A DNA stretch of 64,000 nt from an uncultured delta proteobacterium (GCA_963772835.1 CAVYYZ010000005.1:142877-206876), one strand, 5' to 3'; counted from the stretch's first letter, positions 10,584 through 21,287 are shown. The notes: a model not told the origin generated them from the sequence alone. Made by a program: numbers and translations.

Positions 10584-11993
10584 ATGAAAAACAGCAGACT
10601 TCTTGTAGTTGATGACGAGGCGGTAATAAGGGATGGCCTGAAACGAATTCTCGAGAAAGAGTCATTCGTTGTTGAAACCTGTTCCAGCGGGTACAGCGCC
10701 ATCGAGGCCATGCAAAAACTCGACTTCGACCTCATTATAACTGATCTGAAAATGCCCGGGATGAGCGGCATCGAGGTGCTGAAAAGTGTCAGGACACTGC
10801 AACCTCATATTCCGGTAATTCTGATAACAGGCTATGCTTCTGTTGATACGGCAGTGGAAGCCATGAAGCAGGGTGCGGCCGATTACGTATCAAAGCCTTT
10901 CATACCTGACCTGCTTCTGGAAAAGGTTCATAACGCCCTCCGTCACAACAGTACGCCTCTGGATGATATCTGCTTTAAAGAAGAGGTCAGCCGGCATCAT
11001 GGTTTTCATCAGTTTATCGGCGAAAGCAAAGAGATGCAGAAAGTCTACCATCGGATCATGCTTGTCGCCGCCACCAACAGCACAGTGCTCATCACCGGGG
11101 AAAGCGGTACCGGCAAGGAACTCGCTGCCCGCGCAATTCACGACAACAGTCCCCGGAGAGAGAACCCTTTTGTTGCGGTGGATTGTTCTTCCCTGGCAGA
11201 AACGCTCCTTGAGAGTGAACTGTTCGGGCATGTCAAAGGATCATTTACCGGCGCGATCCAGACAAAAACCGGTCTGTTCAAGATAGCCGACGGCGGGACT
11301 CTTTTTCTTGATGAAGTTTCAAACATCAGTCTGTCGACTCAGGCAAAACTGCTGCGGGCTCTGCAGGAACGTAAGATCACCCCGATCGGCGGCACACAGC
11401 TGGTACCTATTGATATACATCTCGTTGCCGCAACAAACAAAAATCTTAAACTTTTGGCACATGACGGATTGTTCCGGGAGGACCTCTTCTTTCGCCTCAA
11501 TATAATTCCGATCGAACTCCCGCCGCTACGCGAACGAAGACTCGATATTCCGGTTCTGATCCGCCATTTCCTCAAAAAATACACTACCGAGATTGGCAAA
11601 GAGATCAGGGGAGTTGCACCGGATGTGATGTCATTTCTCGAACAGTACGAGTATCCGGGCAATGTACGGGAACTGGAAAACATGATTGAACGGGCGGTGG
11701 TACTGGCGGAAGGGGATGTCATACGAAATGAGGATCTGGAACTGTGGGACAATACTGATGCTGTTTCATCCGGATTTATCGAGAAGGTACCCTGGAACGC
11801 GGAAGAGCTTAAGGAGATGAAACGGCATATTCGTGATCATGCCATGGATTCACTTGAGAGCATGTTCGTACGTAATGCCCTTGAACGTAACGGTTGGAAT
11901 GTCACCAGAGCGGCTGAAGAGACCGGCATCCTCCGGCCTAATTTCCAGAGCATGATGAAAAAACTGGGGATTTCGGCGAAAGGAGAACATTGA
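10584..11993 (+). CDS. Sigma54-dependent response regulator (NtrC family; BccR-like by synteny)
   Basis: REC domain (DLKMP), GESGTGKE, GSFTGA variant loop, FLDE, PGNVREL, Fis-type HTH. Confidence 0.9.
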   Translation: MKNSRLLVVDDEAVIRDGLKRILEKESFVVETCSSGYSAIEAMQKLDFDLIITDLKMPGMSGIEVLKSVRTLQPHIPVILITGYASVDTAVEAMKQGAADYVSKPFIPDLLLEKVHNALRHNSTPLDDICFKEEVSRHHGFHQFIGESKEMQKVYHRIMLVAATNSTVLITGESGTGKELAARAIHDNSPRRENPFVAVDCSSLAETLLESELFGHVKGSFTGAIQTKTGLFKIADGGTLFLDEVSNISLSTQAKLLRALQERKITPIGGTQLVPIDIHLVAATNKNLKLLAHDGLFREDLFFRLNIIPIELPPLRERRLDIPVLIRHFLKKYTTEIGKEIRGVAPDVMSFLEQYEYPGNVRELENMIERAVVLAEGDVIRNEDLELWDNTDAVSSGFIEKVPWNAEELKEMKRHIRDHAMDSLESMFVRNALERNGWNVTRAAEETGILRPNFQSMMKKLGISAKGEH

Positions 11994-12006
11994 CTTTTTG
12001 AGGACG

Positions 12007-13566
12007 TCATCCCGACACAGTGAGCATGACAGTAAATGCGGCCCACTCACCGACACGACTCTTTACCTCGATTCTCCCGCCATTGCTTTCAATTATACCG
12101 TATGAAATTGACAGCCCAAGCCCTGTACCTTCAGGCTTTGTCGTAAAGAACGGATCGAAAATCCTGGGAAGGTCATCTGCCGGTATTCCAACACCGCTAT
12201 CTTTTATTTCTGCACAGACATATCGCCCGTCTTCCGATCCGTACGTGGATATTTCCAGCTTCCCTCCCCGGGGCATCGCATGGCCTGCATTAATAACCAG
12301 GTTCATGAATACCTGCCGGATCTGGCCGGGATCAACAGATACCAGCGGCAGACCGGTGCAGTAATTTTTTATGATTTCGATTTCATTAAAATCCGGTTGT
12401 TGATGAAAAAAAGTGGCCACTTCGTCGAGAATTGTTTCAAGGGCAATAGTCTCCTTTTCCGGCAGCGATTCCCGGCTGAATTCAAGCAGCTCTTTCACAA
12501 TTCCTGCGCACCTCTGCGTTTCAGAAATCACCTTCTCAACGTCAGGTATCAGGGCCGGATCCAGACGTTTATCGTTGTTCATGATAGAAGCATACAAAAG
12601 AATTCCCGTTAACGGGTTGTTTATCTCGTGTGCCACCCCGGCCGCAAGAGTGCCGAGTGATGCCAGTTTCTCCGAGCGGCGTAACTGCTCCTCCATTCGC
12701 ATTATTTCACGGCTTCGTTCTGCCACCTTGTTTTCAAGACTGTCACCCCACCCCTTCAACTCTTTTTCTGCTCTGCCAAGACTTTCAGTCATTCGGTTGA
12801 TTGATTCCGACAGCTCCCCAAGCTCATCCCTGCTGGACACGGGAACTCTTGATTCCAGATCCCCCGAAGCGACCAGAGCACTGTGCCGGACAAGTCTCTG
12901 CACCGGGATATCGACCAGATAGTGTATGAGAATGGTTACCAGCATTCCGATCAATAAAAGGAGAATACAGGCCATCATGACAAATTCAAGACGGTATTCA
13001 TGAGATTTCTTCCGAAGCATTTCCAGGGAAATTGAAATATCAAGGAGCCCCAAAACGGTGTCATTCCTTCCATGAAAATGGCAGGATGCTGCTACACAGG
13101 CCGGTTGACTGTAAATCGCCTTGGTAAAACCGAGCGCTTCTTTCCCGGAGCGGGTATGTATGATCCTGCTGCGGTTCATTGAATCTGTCGATATACCGGA
13201 ACCTACTGAACTGTGGCACATAATACATTCATCAGCATGTTTGCCGACAACGGAACCGATTTCTCCTGTTATATTTGAAAAGACCACTTTCCCTTTTTGA
13301 TCTATCAACCGTATATGCTCGATATTCTGACTTTTTGAAACTCTCCCGATCATGTGATAGAGAGCGGTTTTATCATTGGTCATCATGGCGTCATAAGCGC
13401 TCTGATTAATGACATCGGCAACGTCTTCCGCATTTGAAACGGCGTAATCAATCATTACCTTGCGAAAGTTTTTCAGATTGATGTTATCCAGCAATCCCAT
13501 AAAAACAATCAGGATCAGCGAAGTGGCAAAGGTGAGTTTTACAATGAGAGAAATGTGCACATTCAT
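12007..13566 (-). CDS. HAMP sensor histidine kinase with periplasmic heme c motifs
   Basis: CIMCH and CVAASCH in the periplasmic domain; HAMP; AHEINNP H-box; N, G1, F and G2 boxes. Confidence 0.92.
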   Translation of the reverse strand: MNVHISLIVKLTFATSLILIVFMGLLDNINLKNFRKVMIDYAVSNAEDVADVINQSAYDAMMTNDKTALYHMIGRVSKSQNIEHIRLIDQKGKVVFSNITGEIGSVVGKHADECIMCHSSVGSGISTDSMNRSRIIHTRSGKEALGFTKAIYSQPACVAASCHFHGRNDTVLGLLDISISLEMLRKKSHEYRLEFVMMACILLLLIGMLVTILIHYLVDIPVQRLVRHSALVASGDLESRVPVSSRDELGELSESINRMTESLGRAEKELKGWGDSLENKVAERSREIMRMEEQLRRSEKLASLGTLAAGVAHEINNPLTGILLYASIMNNDKRLDPALIPDVEKVISETQRCAGIVKELLEFSRESLPEKETIALETILDEVATFFHQQPDFNEIEIIKNYCTGLPLVSVDPGQIRQVFMNLVINAGHAMPRGGKLEISTYGSEDGRYVCAEIKDSGVGIPADDLPRIFDPFFTTKPEGTGLGLSISYGIIESNGGRIEVKSRVGEWAAFTVMLTVSG

Positions 13567-13931
13567 GCAGAAAATTCCTTCTTAAATACAGTGACTATCG
13601 TTTTTCTAACATATACATTTCAAGCCCGTATGAAAGGGAATGCCCCCTCAATCAGGTGCACTGTTCAGTGCACAGGAGAGTTGTACCGTATAACGTATTC
13701 ATACAGTTTTCCCCAACCGGAAAAAACACCCGCTGCAGCCCGCGCCATTACTGCTGCTAACCACCTTGAATAATGTCACTTATTTTTACCGGCACAGCGA
13801 CCCGCCTATTGGCATGTTCGATGCTTTCCTATGAACAGGCAATGAATACATCGGTCCCGGAAATCCGGAATGTGTATGCGTTCCGGCGGCAACACCCGCA
13901 CCCGGGCTGTATAATCGAATTACTGAAAGGG

Positions 13932-14165
13932 ATGGCCATGTGGCAACCGAATGAAAAAATATGCATTAAATTTCATATCGCAGGGTCTATAGCCACGCTT
14001 GTCTGCGGCTTCACAGTTATTTTTATCTGCCTTGCGCCGGTATATTTTCCGGGCGCGTACCGATTACTGCTTGATGATCGCATCGGGATTATTATACCCT
14101 ATCTTCTGTTTATTGCTCTCGGAGAGTCGATTTTTTCTATCTGGTATTTTCTGTTCCGAAAATGA
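13932..14165 (+). CDS. Small 2-TM hypothetical protein
   Basis: AAAGGG RBS, two hydrophobic helices, ATGA overlap with the next gene. Confidence 0.5.
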   Translation: MAMWQPNEKICIKFHIAGSIATLVCGFTVIFICLAPVYFPGAYRLLLDDRIGIIIPYLLFIALGESIFSIWYFLFRK

Positions 14166-14512
14166 GAGCGCAACATAGCTGGAGTACATACATGGATACG
14201 ATTCGGGACGAAGCGGTTGCATACATGAAAATCCTGAAAAAGGTTAGGCGAAGGCGCCTCTATTTTTTTGCCACTCTGCTCGCGTATATTCCTGCCGTAT
14301 GGATTACCTATCAGATTTCTCCCGGGAACAGTACTATGGGAACACTGTTCGGGGTCTGGGTGGTCGTACTTATTTTTGTCACCTTTCTTGCCGCAGTATG
14401 CAGATGTCCCCGATGCGGAAACTTTTTCCATGTCCACGGCATGACCCTTCTGATTCTGCGTACATGCCTCCACTGTCAGCTTCATATAAATGCCGATAAA
14501 AGCACACATTGA
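14162..14512 (+). CDS. 2-TM protein with C-terminal zinc ribbon
   Basis: Two TMs followed by CPRCG...CLHC. Confidence 0.7.
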   Translation: MRAQHSWSTYMDTIRDEAVAYMKILKKVRRRRLYFFATLLAYIPAVWITYQISPGNSTMGTLFGVWVVVLIFVTFLAAVCRCPRCGNFFHVHGMTLLILRTCLHCQLHINADKSTH

Positions 14513-14540
14513 AAAGGCCACCCTGAGGCGGCCTTTTCAA
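14510..14540. terminator. Bidirectional intrinsic terminator
   Basis: TGAAAAGGCC-accctgaggc-GGCCTTTTCA between convergent genes. Confidence 0.75.
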
Positions 14541-14571
14541 TGTGAAATTATGTCCATCTTTCTCCTCCCTG

Positions 14572-14793
14572 TCATTTCTTGACCGGCGCCATTTCCTCTT
14601 TCACCACAGAGGTAATTCCCTTCGCCATACCGAACATCAACAGAATAGCCGGTATTACCTGCGCTACAACTATCAGCGCGCAAAATCCGAGAAAAACCCA
14701 CACAAAAATTCCACTGCTGTCTTCACGCACTCCTGCAGCTGCAAAAGCTGTCGCCGGAGCGATGACTCCCAATATCGTGGCTAAAACTCTCAT
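14572..14793 (-). CDS. Small secreted/membrane protein of the type found with Geobacter cbcBA (GSU0597-like, from recollection)
   Basis: AGGAGG RBS; signal-like APATAFA; EDSSG..VWVFLGFCALIVVAQ.IPA motif. Confidence 0.7.
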   Translation of the reverse strand: MRVLATILGVIAPATAFAAAGVREDSSGIFVWVFLGFCALIVVAQVIPAILLMFGMAKGITSVVKEEMAPVKK

Positions 14794-14850
14794 GACATCC
14801 TCCTTTTTCTTTCAAATTTTGGAGTCGTTAACCGCTCCTGCAATTTTAAT

Positions 14851-14866
14851 TGCATAGCGGATGCCA
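14851..14866 (-). promoter_or_regulatory. Sigma54 -24/-12 promoter
   Basis: TGGCATCCGCTATGCA (GG-N10-GC) about 58 nt upstream of the 14793 start. Confidence 0.8.
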
Positions 14867-15204
14867 AGAAGCTTTAAAAAACAATAACTACCCGATGTTA
14901 TACATATTTTTTAATAAAATGAGGATTTTTTACGACAATGCAGTAGAAGACAATGCGGGATACTGTATGAAAAAAAATACAGAAAAACCCATGAGCTGAT
15001 TAAAAATACAATTATTACAGATATTTATACGCAAAGGCAGGGACATCCAGAGTGTATAAAACATGTATACCATGCGGCAGCGCAACCGGTTCTGTTACTT
15101 CAGGTATTCCATCACAATAAAATCATACACGCACCCGGTCGCTGTCATCGTTGGTACAGGCCTCCCGTCAGGGCCCGCGTCGTACCCCGCAATGAACGGA
15201 ATTA

Positions 15205-15408
15205 TCATCCGAGAGGAACCGGGAAACAGACATTATGCGGCAAATTAGCCTTTGCACCACATTTAGAGCACAAAATCGCCGGGTCAGAACTTAAATGATA
15301 TACCTCATTCAGTAACCCCATATGCGACAGCCAACAGATATGCCCTCTATGCATTTCTCCGCAGCTGCACTCTGTTTCCGGGCTTTTTCCATCCAGTTGA
15401 TCAGTCAT
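15205..15408 (-). CDS. Small Cys/His-rich putative metal-binding protein
   Basis: CSC..MHRGHIC.L...CSKCGAKAN...VC.P; AAGG RBS. Confidence 0.7.
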   Translation of the reverse strand: MTDQLDGKSPETECSCGEMHRGHICWLSHMGLLNEVYHLSSDPAILCSKCGAKANLPHNVCFPVPLG

Positions 15409-15465
15409 GACTTTCCTTTCGTTATGCCCACTGGTAATTATGTTACTCAGGAGCACTCTGTCCTG

Positions 15466-15921
15466 TTATTTCTTACGTACGGACCGGGTCAACAATCGAT
15501 CCAGCGACGATGCAAACCGTTGTCTGTCCATAAGACTTAATTGTGACGGGCCGCCCTGAGCAAAACCTTCGGCACGAAGTTCCGCCATCAACCCCCTCAT
15601 GGCAAGTTTTTCTCCTACATTCTCCTCCGTATAGATTTCACCGCGCGGATCAAGTGCTGTCCCTCCATTGGCAACTATCCGCGCCGCCAGAGGTATATCT
15701 GCGGTGATCACCAGATCTTCAGCTGCAGCATGTTCGGCAATATAGTCATCGGCTATATCAAATCCGTCAGGGACAACAATAGATTCGATCAACCCGTTGT
15801 TGTGTTTGGACAGGCTTTTGTTTGCCACAAGCAGTACGGGCAGATCAAGACGCCCGGAAGCTCTAAAGAGTATTTCCTTGATTACGCGGGGGCAGGCATC
15901 GGCATCAATCCAAATTTTCAT
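15466..15921 (-). CDS. YaiI/YqxD (UPF0178) family protein
   Basis: [30 protein letters not shown]. Confidence 0.92.
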   Translation of the reverse strand: MKIWIDADACPRVIKEILFRASGRLDLPVLLVANKSLSKHNNGLIESIVVPDGFDIADDYIAEHAAAEDLVITADIPLAARIVANGGTALDPRGEIYTEENVGEKLAMRGLMAELRAEGFAQGGPSQLSLMDRQRFASSLDRLLTRSVRKK

Positions 15922-15967
15922 CGTATTTCCAGATCCGGGCGCGCCTTTCAAAACGAAAAGGCCCCAT

Positions 15968-16885
15968 TCATTGAGCTGCAGGACGAAACAGACGTGGTCT
16001 GCTGACAACGCTTATTCCAGCCAGTACCATTACAGCTCCGATGCCAAAGTAAACATCAACTGTCTCATGCAGCAGCAGTACACCGAAAGAAACTCCGAAT
16101 AACGGTGACATAAAAGAGAATACCGCGAGTCTCGAAGCAAGATATCTCCGTAATAGCCAGAACCAGGTAAGGTAGCTGGCGAAGGTAATAACAAATCCCT
16201 GAAAAAGCAGGCTCGCCCATGCAATTTTCGACATGGTGATATTGCCTGACTGTCCCGAACAAAGACCATAGAGAAGCAGGATAACAAAAGCGGCCGCAAG
16301 TTGGTAGAGCAGTGTTTTTGTAGGCGGCGCTTCCGACAGATTTGTACAGCGTATGATCACCGTCGTTGCCCCCCAACCGGCCCCGGCAAGAACGCCCAGA
16401 AAATCGCCCCAAAGCACTCGGGAGCTGAACCCCTCATGCAGAGATCCCCCGGTAAAAGCGGTCGCGATGCCGCCAAAAGCAATCGCAATGCCCAGCCACT
16501 GATGCAGGCGAAGTTTTTCGGCGGTGAGGAAGAAGTGGAGACCCAATGCGGTAAAGATCGGTGCGGTGTACAGAAACACTGCCATATGAGATGCAGATGT
16601 GAAGCGAAGTCCCTCCGCGATAAAGAGAAACTCGGCGGAGAACAGGATTCCGACAATTATGCCAGGTTGCAGCGTACCGTCGTGAAGGTTGAATTTTTCC
16701 CTGCCGCATCCTATGACGATGGCAACAAGTAACGCACTGATACCGGAGCGCAAAGCAATCTGCATGATCGGAGCGATATCTGGCGCAGCCACCTTGATCG
16801 CAACCTGATGCAAACCCCACACGGTACAAAGCAGGATCATCATACCGATCCCGAATCCATCTATCTGTCTGCGCTCCGACCCCAT
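15968..16885 (-). CDS. DMT/EamA family transporter
   Basis: About 10 TMs in two EamA repeats. Confidence 0.92.
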   Translation of the reverse strand: MGSERRQIDGFGIGMMILLCTVWGLHQVAIKVAAPDIAPIMQIALRSGISALLVAIVIGCGREKFNLHDGTLQPGIIVGILFSAEFLFIAEGLRFTSASHMAVFLYTAPIFTALGLHFFLTAEKLRLHQWLGIAIAFGGIATAFTGGSLHEGFSSRVLWGDFLGVLAGAGWGATTVIIRCTNLSEAPPTKTLLYQLAAAFVILLLYGLCSGQSGNITMSKIAWASLLFQGFVITFASYLTWFWLLRRYLASRLAVFSFMSPLFGVSFGVLLLHETVDVYFGIGAVMVLAGISVVSRPRLFRPAAQ

Positions 16886-17275
16886 ACATCACCAACAGGT
16901 ATTTTTCCCGCCAGATTATTCCAATTGTCTGACATTATAATTACAGATGAGATTATGCAACATCCCCCTGAAAAAATATGTATCTTTCGCACTCCCACAG
17001 ATAAATCAGATATTTTTTTGACATTTGTGCAGAAAACTTCAGGACCTCCCACAAACTTCTGCCGGTTTTATCAATATATGCAGCACCTTGGTGCTGTCAC
17101 TACCGACAGTTTTGAATCTGAATCTGTGGAAGACATAACTATAACCGGCGTGCTGCCCGTAAACAGCCGACTGCGCATTTCATTCGTTAACGCGGCAATT
17201 TCAGTATGTTTTCACTTCAGTATGTGGGTGGGTATTTTTCTAAATGGCGGGCAGCAATGGAATATCGGCGGGTTA

Positions 17276-17644
17276 TCAATATACATGTGGACGTGGCGAT
17301 TCTCCTGACTCCCGGGAATCAATACCCCCGCATTCATCGCATGGTGCGCAGGTTTGCTCCCAGGGGATGTCCACTTTCATCTCGCCGCAGCGTTCACATG
17401 AGATGACCGGTATCAACGCCGAGATGTAGAAACGAAAGCTGAAGCTGTTTTCGTGCAGCCAGCGGGCCTTACTAACACCTGAGGGGAGCCTGGCGGCTCC
17501 GCAGGCAGGACATGAAAATTGTATGCCCTCACTGCTCCGGATATAAAGCTCGATATCCCCGCTACGTTCATCCAGGGTCACATTTAATATGCGCCAGTTG
17601 GTTGAAAGTCCGAGAATAGCAGAATAGAATGAATAATCGTGCAT
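17276..17644 (-). CDS. Stand-alone ISL3-transposase-like N-terminal zinc-finger protein
   Basis: Y..ILGL...W.I..V, CPACG, RW.H, P.ISCERCG..V..PW, as in ISL3 N-termini; no DDE domain follows. Confidence 0.7.
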   Translation of the reverse strand: MHDYSFYSAILGLSTNWRILNVTLDERSGDIELYIRSSEGIQFSCPACGAARLPSGVSKARWLHENSFSFRFYISALIPVISCERCGEMKVDIPWEQTCAPCDECGGIDSRESGESPRPHVY

Positions 17645-17694
17645 GCTGCCGTCCACTACTGAGATTTCGTCGCAAGAATAATGTTTGATCTTTT

Positions 17695-17710
17695 TACATT
17701 ATATGTGCCA
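17695..17710 (-). promoter_or_regulatory. Putative sigma54 promoter (variant -12 TGTA)
   Basis: TGGCACATATAATGTA about 50 nt upstream of the zinc-finger ORF. Confidence 0.55.
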
Positions 17711-18045
17711 TTTTCTTGACAATTCCTTAAACGGCTGTTTTATGTCACTTTTACGGGGGTATTCCGACGGTTGCAGTCAGCATTTAAATTATATATAAAA
17801 ACTGAATACTCGAAGTCAAATATGATGTAGACTTAAACAGAAAGGCACTTCCGGCGGCTTGGCGGTATTTCGCAATATGTAAATACTTGGCAGGGGTCAG
17901 AGGCGATCTTTTCATCTTGTCTGAACCAAACCTGATAACTTATTCTATGCGAATAGCAGATTTCTGATTTCTTTTCGTTTTTATGGAATATACATTTTGA
18001 CCGACGCTTATCCCGTTTCTCAAGGTTACCGGAGAAGTAGCAGAC

Positions 18046-19668
18046 ATGAAACCTGACAGTTTCGATAGTAGCGATCCGCTGAAACGAAAAACGGTGGTGG
18101 AGGATCATCACAGGACGTTTGTCTTTTCACCGCTGCGTCTGATTTTTACCCTTGCCCTCTGCATATTTATCGTCGAGACGCTCGTCATGATGATACTCGA
18201 AAAATTCGAGACTACCAAGAGGGTAGAGACCCTGCTTGATTCGTCAATACTGACCGTTATACTTTTTGCTATCTTGTATTTCACTCTGTTCAAACCACTC
18301 ATGGCTTTGATTACGGACTATAAATCCAAAGAAACCCAGTTGCAAAACAACCAGGACCACCTTGAACTGAAGGTTCAAAAACGGACCGCCGAACTCAATA
18401 CCGCATATCATGAACTCACAGCAGAAAATGCAGAGACTCTCAAGGCCAGAGCCGCCTTGCGTGAAAGTGAAGACCGATTCCGGCAGCTTTTCGAGCAGAG
18501 TGAGGATGCAATTGTCCTGATATCCCCGCAGGACAATGCAATCATCGACGTAAACCCCACTGCAGAACGCATCTTCCGGAAACAACGGGCGGAGCTCATT
18601 GCAGGCGGTCTGCCTGCTCTCTGTGATCCGAAAAGCTGCACATTTTTTGCTTCAACCCTTGATCAGATTATCCAGGAAAATTCGCCCGGATTTATAGAAA
18701 AATTTGAATGCACTATTCCTCCCGGAGAGGTTCACATCCTATCGTTCCACGGCAAAAAAATTCCCCTGCAAGGTTCCGAGGTCATTTATACGACGTTTCG
18801 TGACATTACAAACCGTATTCGCCTTGAGGAACAGGCCCTGGAAATACAGGCGCGTCTGATACAGGCCAACCGGATGACGTCGCTGGGAACCATGGTCAGC
18901 AGTGTTGCCCACGAAATCAACAATCCGAATAATTTTCTGCTTATGAATGCCGAAATCATCAAGCGGGCCTGGAAGGATATAGCACCTGTCGTTGAGGAAC
19001 ACTTCCACAGAAACGGCGACTTTGCCGTCGCCCAATCAACGTGGAGTGAGGCCCGCACCTTTCTACCCGACGCCTTCGAAGGAATTCAGCAAGGGGCACT
19101 CAGAATCAGTGATATTGTGGGTAATCTCAAAGCATATGGTCGCGACGACCGTTTCAAGTGCGAATCCGTAGCAGATGTAAATAACATTGTCCAATTAAGC
19201 GCATCAATTCTCAACCATCTTGTTTCAAATTCGACACGCAGGTTCAAACTCGAACTGGCTGAAGGACTGCCTTTGGTAAGAGGCAGTGCCCTGCAACTGG
19301 AACAGGTCGTTATCAACCTGATCCAGAATGCGCTCCTGGCACTGCCTGATATTGATCATGGGGTAATTGTAGGAACCGGGCTTGACCCGGAAAGCGGTCA
19401 TGTTCTGATCCGGGTCGCTGACGAAGGAAGCGGCATACCGGCGGAGATTGCAGCCAGGGTAATGGAACCGTTCTTTACCACCCGCCTGGAAAGGGGCGGC
19501 ACCGGCCTCGGCCTTGCAATCTGTTCAACCATCGTCAAGGAGCATGGCGGCAGCATCGAGTTCAGTTCCGAACCGGACAGGGGGACTACGTTCACGGTCC
19601 GCCTGTGCCGGGCAGCACAATCAGACAATGACACACAGAATATCGAGGTTACTCATGTTCACAACTGA
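18046..19668 (+). CDS. PAS-domain sensor histidine kinase
   Basis: Two TMs, coiled coil, PAS, AHEINNP, G-boxes. Confidence 0.93.
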   Translation: MKPDSFDSSDPLKRKTVVEDHHRTFVFSPLRLIFTLALCIFIVETLVMMILEKFETTKRVETLLDSSILTVILFAILYFTLFKPLMALITDYKSKETQLQNNQDHLELKVQKRTAELNTAYHELTAENAETLKARAALRESEDRFRQLFEQSEDAIVLISPQDNAIIDVNPTAERIFRKQRAELIAGGLPALCDPKSCTFFASTLDQIIQENSPGFIEKFECTIPPGEVHILSFHGKKIPLQGSEVIYTTFRDITNRIRLEEQALEIQARLIQANRMTSLGTMVSSVAHEINNPNNFLLMNAEIIKRAWKDIAPVVEEHFHRNGDFAVAQSTWSEARTFLPDAFEGIQQGALRISDIVGNLKAYGRDDRFKCESVADVNNIVQLSASILNHLVSNSTRRFKLELAEGLPLVRGSALQLEQVVINLIQNALLALPDIDHGVIVGTGLDPESGHVLIRVADEGSGIPAEIAARVMEPFFTTRLERGGTGLGLAICSTIVKEHGGSIEFSSEPDRGTTFTVRLCRAAQSDNDTQNIEVTHVHN

Positions 19669-21082
19669 TCCGGGGTGCGTACTGATCGTAGACGATGAGA
19701 TCAACACTCTCAAAGCGACTGCAACAACACTCAAAATGAACGGCCTGAAGGATGTTGTGACCGAATCCGATGGTCGCCGTGTATTGGAGATCATGAGTGC
19801 AGGCAGAATCGATGTAGTACTTCTCGATCTCTTCATGCCGCACGTCAGCGGAATGGAGCTTTTACCCCGTTTGCGTGAACTGTATCCGCAGGTACCCGTA
19901 ATCATCGTCACAGCCGCATACGAACTTGAGCGGGCCGTGGAATGTATAAAATCCGGTGCCTTCGATTATCTGGTCAAACCGGTGGAACATGAGCGCATGC
20001 TTATCACCCTGAGAAAGGCGTTCGAATGCAGGACGCTGGCAGATCAGGTTGTCAATTTGCGCGATCACCTGATTGAAGACCGTCTGGACAATCCCGAGGT
20101 TTTCGGGGAGATCGTTTCCTGCAGCCGTAAAATGCGATCTATCTTCCAATATCTGGAAGTAATTGCAAAATCACCCCAGCCGGTTCTGATTACCGGTGAG
20201 TCCGGCACCGGTAAAGAGCTGATATCCCGCGCCATCCACCGGCTGAGCGGCTGTGCCGGGGAACTGGTGTCTGTCAATCTCGCCGGGCTGGATGATACGA
20301 TGTTTTCGGACACCCTTTTTGGTCATAAACGCGGCGCCTTTACCGGCGCAGACCAGCTTCGTGACGGCCTGATCGTCAAGGCGGCACATGGGGTGATCCT
20401 TCTGGACGAAATCGGCGACCTGAGTGAATCGTCACAGATCAGACTGTTGCGCCTCATTCAGGAGCGGGAATTTTACCCTGTAGGCTCGGATACACCACGA
20501 AAATCGGAGGCCCGTATCGTTTGCGCCAGTAATAAAAATCTCAAGGACCTGGTCGCCTCGGGTCGCTTCCGCAACGATCTCTTCTACCGATTAAATGTCC
20601 ACCATGTGGATCTTCCTCCGCTCAGAAACCGGAAAGATGATATCCCGCTCCTGCTGGAACACTTCATTCGCCTCGCTGCACAGAGTCTTGCAATCAACCC
20701 TCCTTCCTATCCAAAGGAATTGCTCGATCTTCTGTCCGTGTACCATTTCCCCGGTAACGTGCGGGAACTGCAGGCGATCGTCTTCGATGCGGTAGCACGC
20801 AGCAAATCAGGCAAGCTGTCTCAGGAACCCTTTCGTCAGATAATGGCTGCCGGGCATACGCAGGCACCAGTTCCCATGAAAACCGGTACTCCGGTGCAGG
20901 ATCCGCGCCTGGGCAAGCTGGAGGAAATCTGGGGGCATTTCCCCACACTGGATGAAGCGGAGAGTTATCTTATTGAAGTCGCAATGAATATTGCAAAAGA
21001 GAATCAGGGTACCGCTGCCACGATGCTTGGGCTCAAACGCCAGACATTTAATATCCGCCTGAAAAAAAGGAGTGCACAATGA
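19655..21082 (+). CDS. Sigma54-dependent response regulator
   Basis: ATG at 19655 after GAGG; REC, GESGTGKE, GAFTGA, PGNVREL, HTH. Confidence 0.93.
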   Translation: MFTTDPGCVLIVDDEINTLKATATTLKMNGLKDVVTESDGRRVLEIMSAGRIDVVLLDLFMPHVSGMELLPRLRELYPQVPVIIVTAAYELERAVECIKSGAFDYLVKPVEHERMLITLRKAFECRTLADQVVNLRDHLIEDRLDNPEVFGEIVSCSRKMRSIFQYLEVIAKSPQPVLITGESGTGKELISRAIHRLSGCAGELVSVNLAGLDDTMFSDTLFGHKRGAFTGADQLRDGLIVKAAHGVILLDEIGDLSESSQIRLLRLIQEREFYPVGSDTPRKSEARIVCASNKNLKDLVASGRFRNDLFYRLNVHHVDLPPLRNRKDDIPLLLEHFIRLAAQSLAINPPSYPKELLDLLSVYHFPGNVRELQAIVFDAVARSKSGKLSQEPFRQIMAAGHTQAPVPMKTGTPVQDPRLGKLEEIWGHFPTLDEAESYLIEVAMNIAKENQGTAATMLGLKRQTFNIRLKKRSAQ

Positions 21083-21287
21083 TGAATCGATTCCCCCGGC
21101 CACTACCTCTGCAAAAATTCAAGCAGGACAAAATTATTGCTATGTGCGATATAATGCTTCAAAACCGGACAGTTACACAGATATAACTCACTTTATTTAT
21201 ACCCCCCTCTTCGCACGTCGAATTTTTTAATTTCGCAACAAATCTCTTAACAATCTTAATTTGTTCATAAAATAAGTTTATTTCAGA

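Noticed and set aside
13656..13673. Palindrome GTGCACTG-TT-CAGTGCAC as an operator
   Set aside because: Single instance with no second copy seen in the window, so no function can be assigned.
16808..17308. 166-aa ORF or the missing ISL3 DDE domain
   Set aside because: No protein-like motif, overlaps both neighbours, and no transposase signature was recognised.
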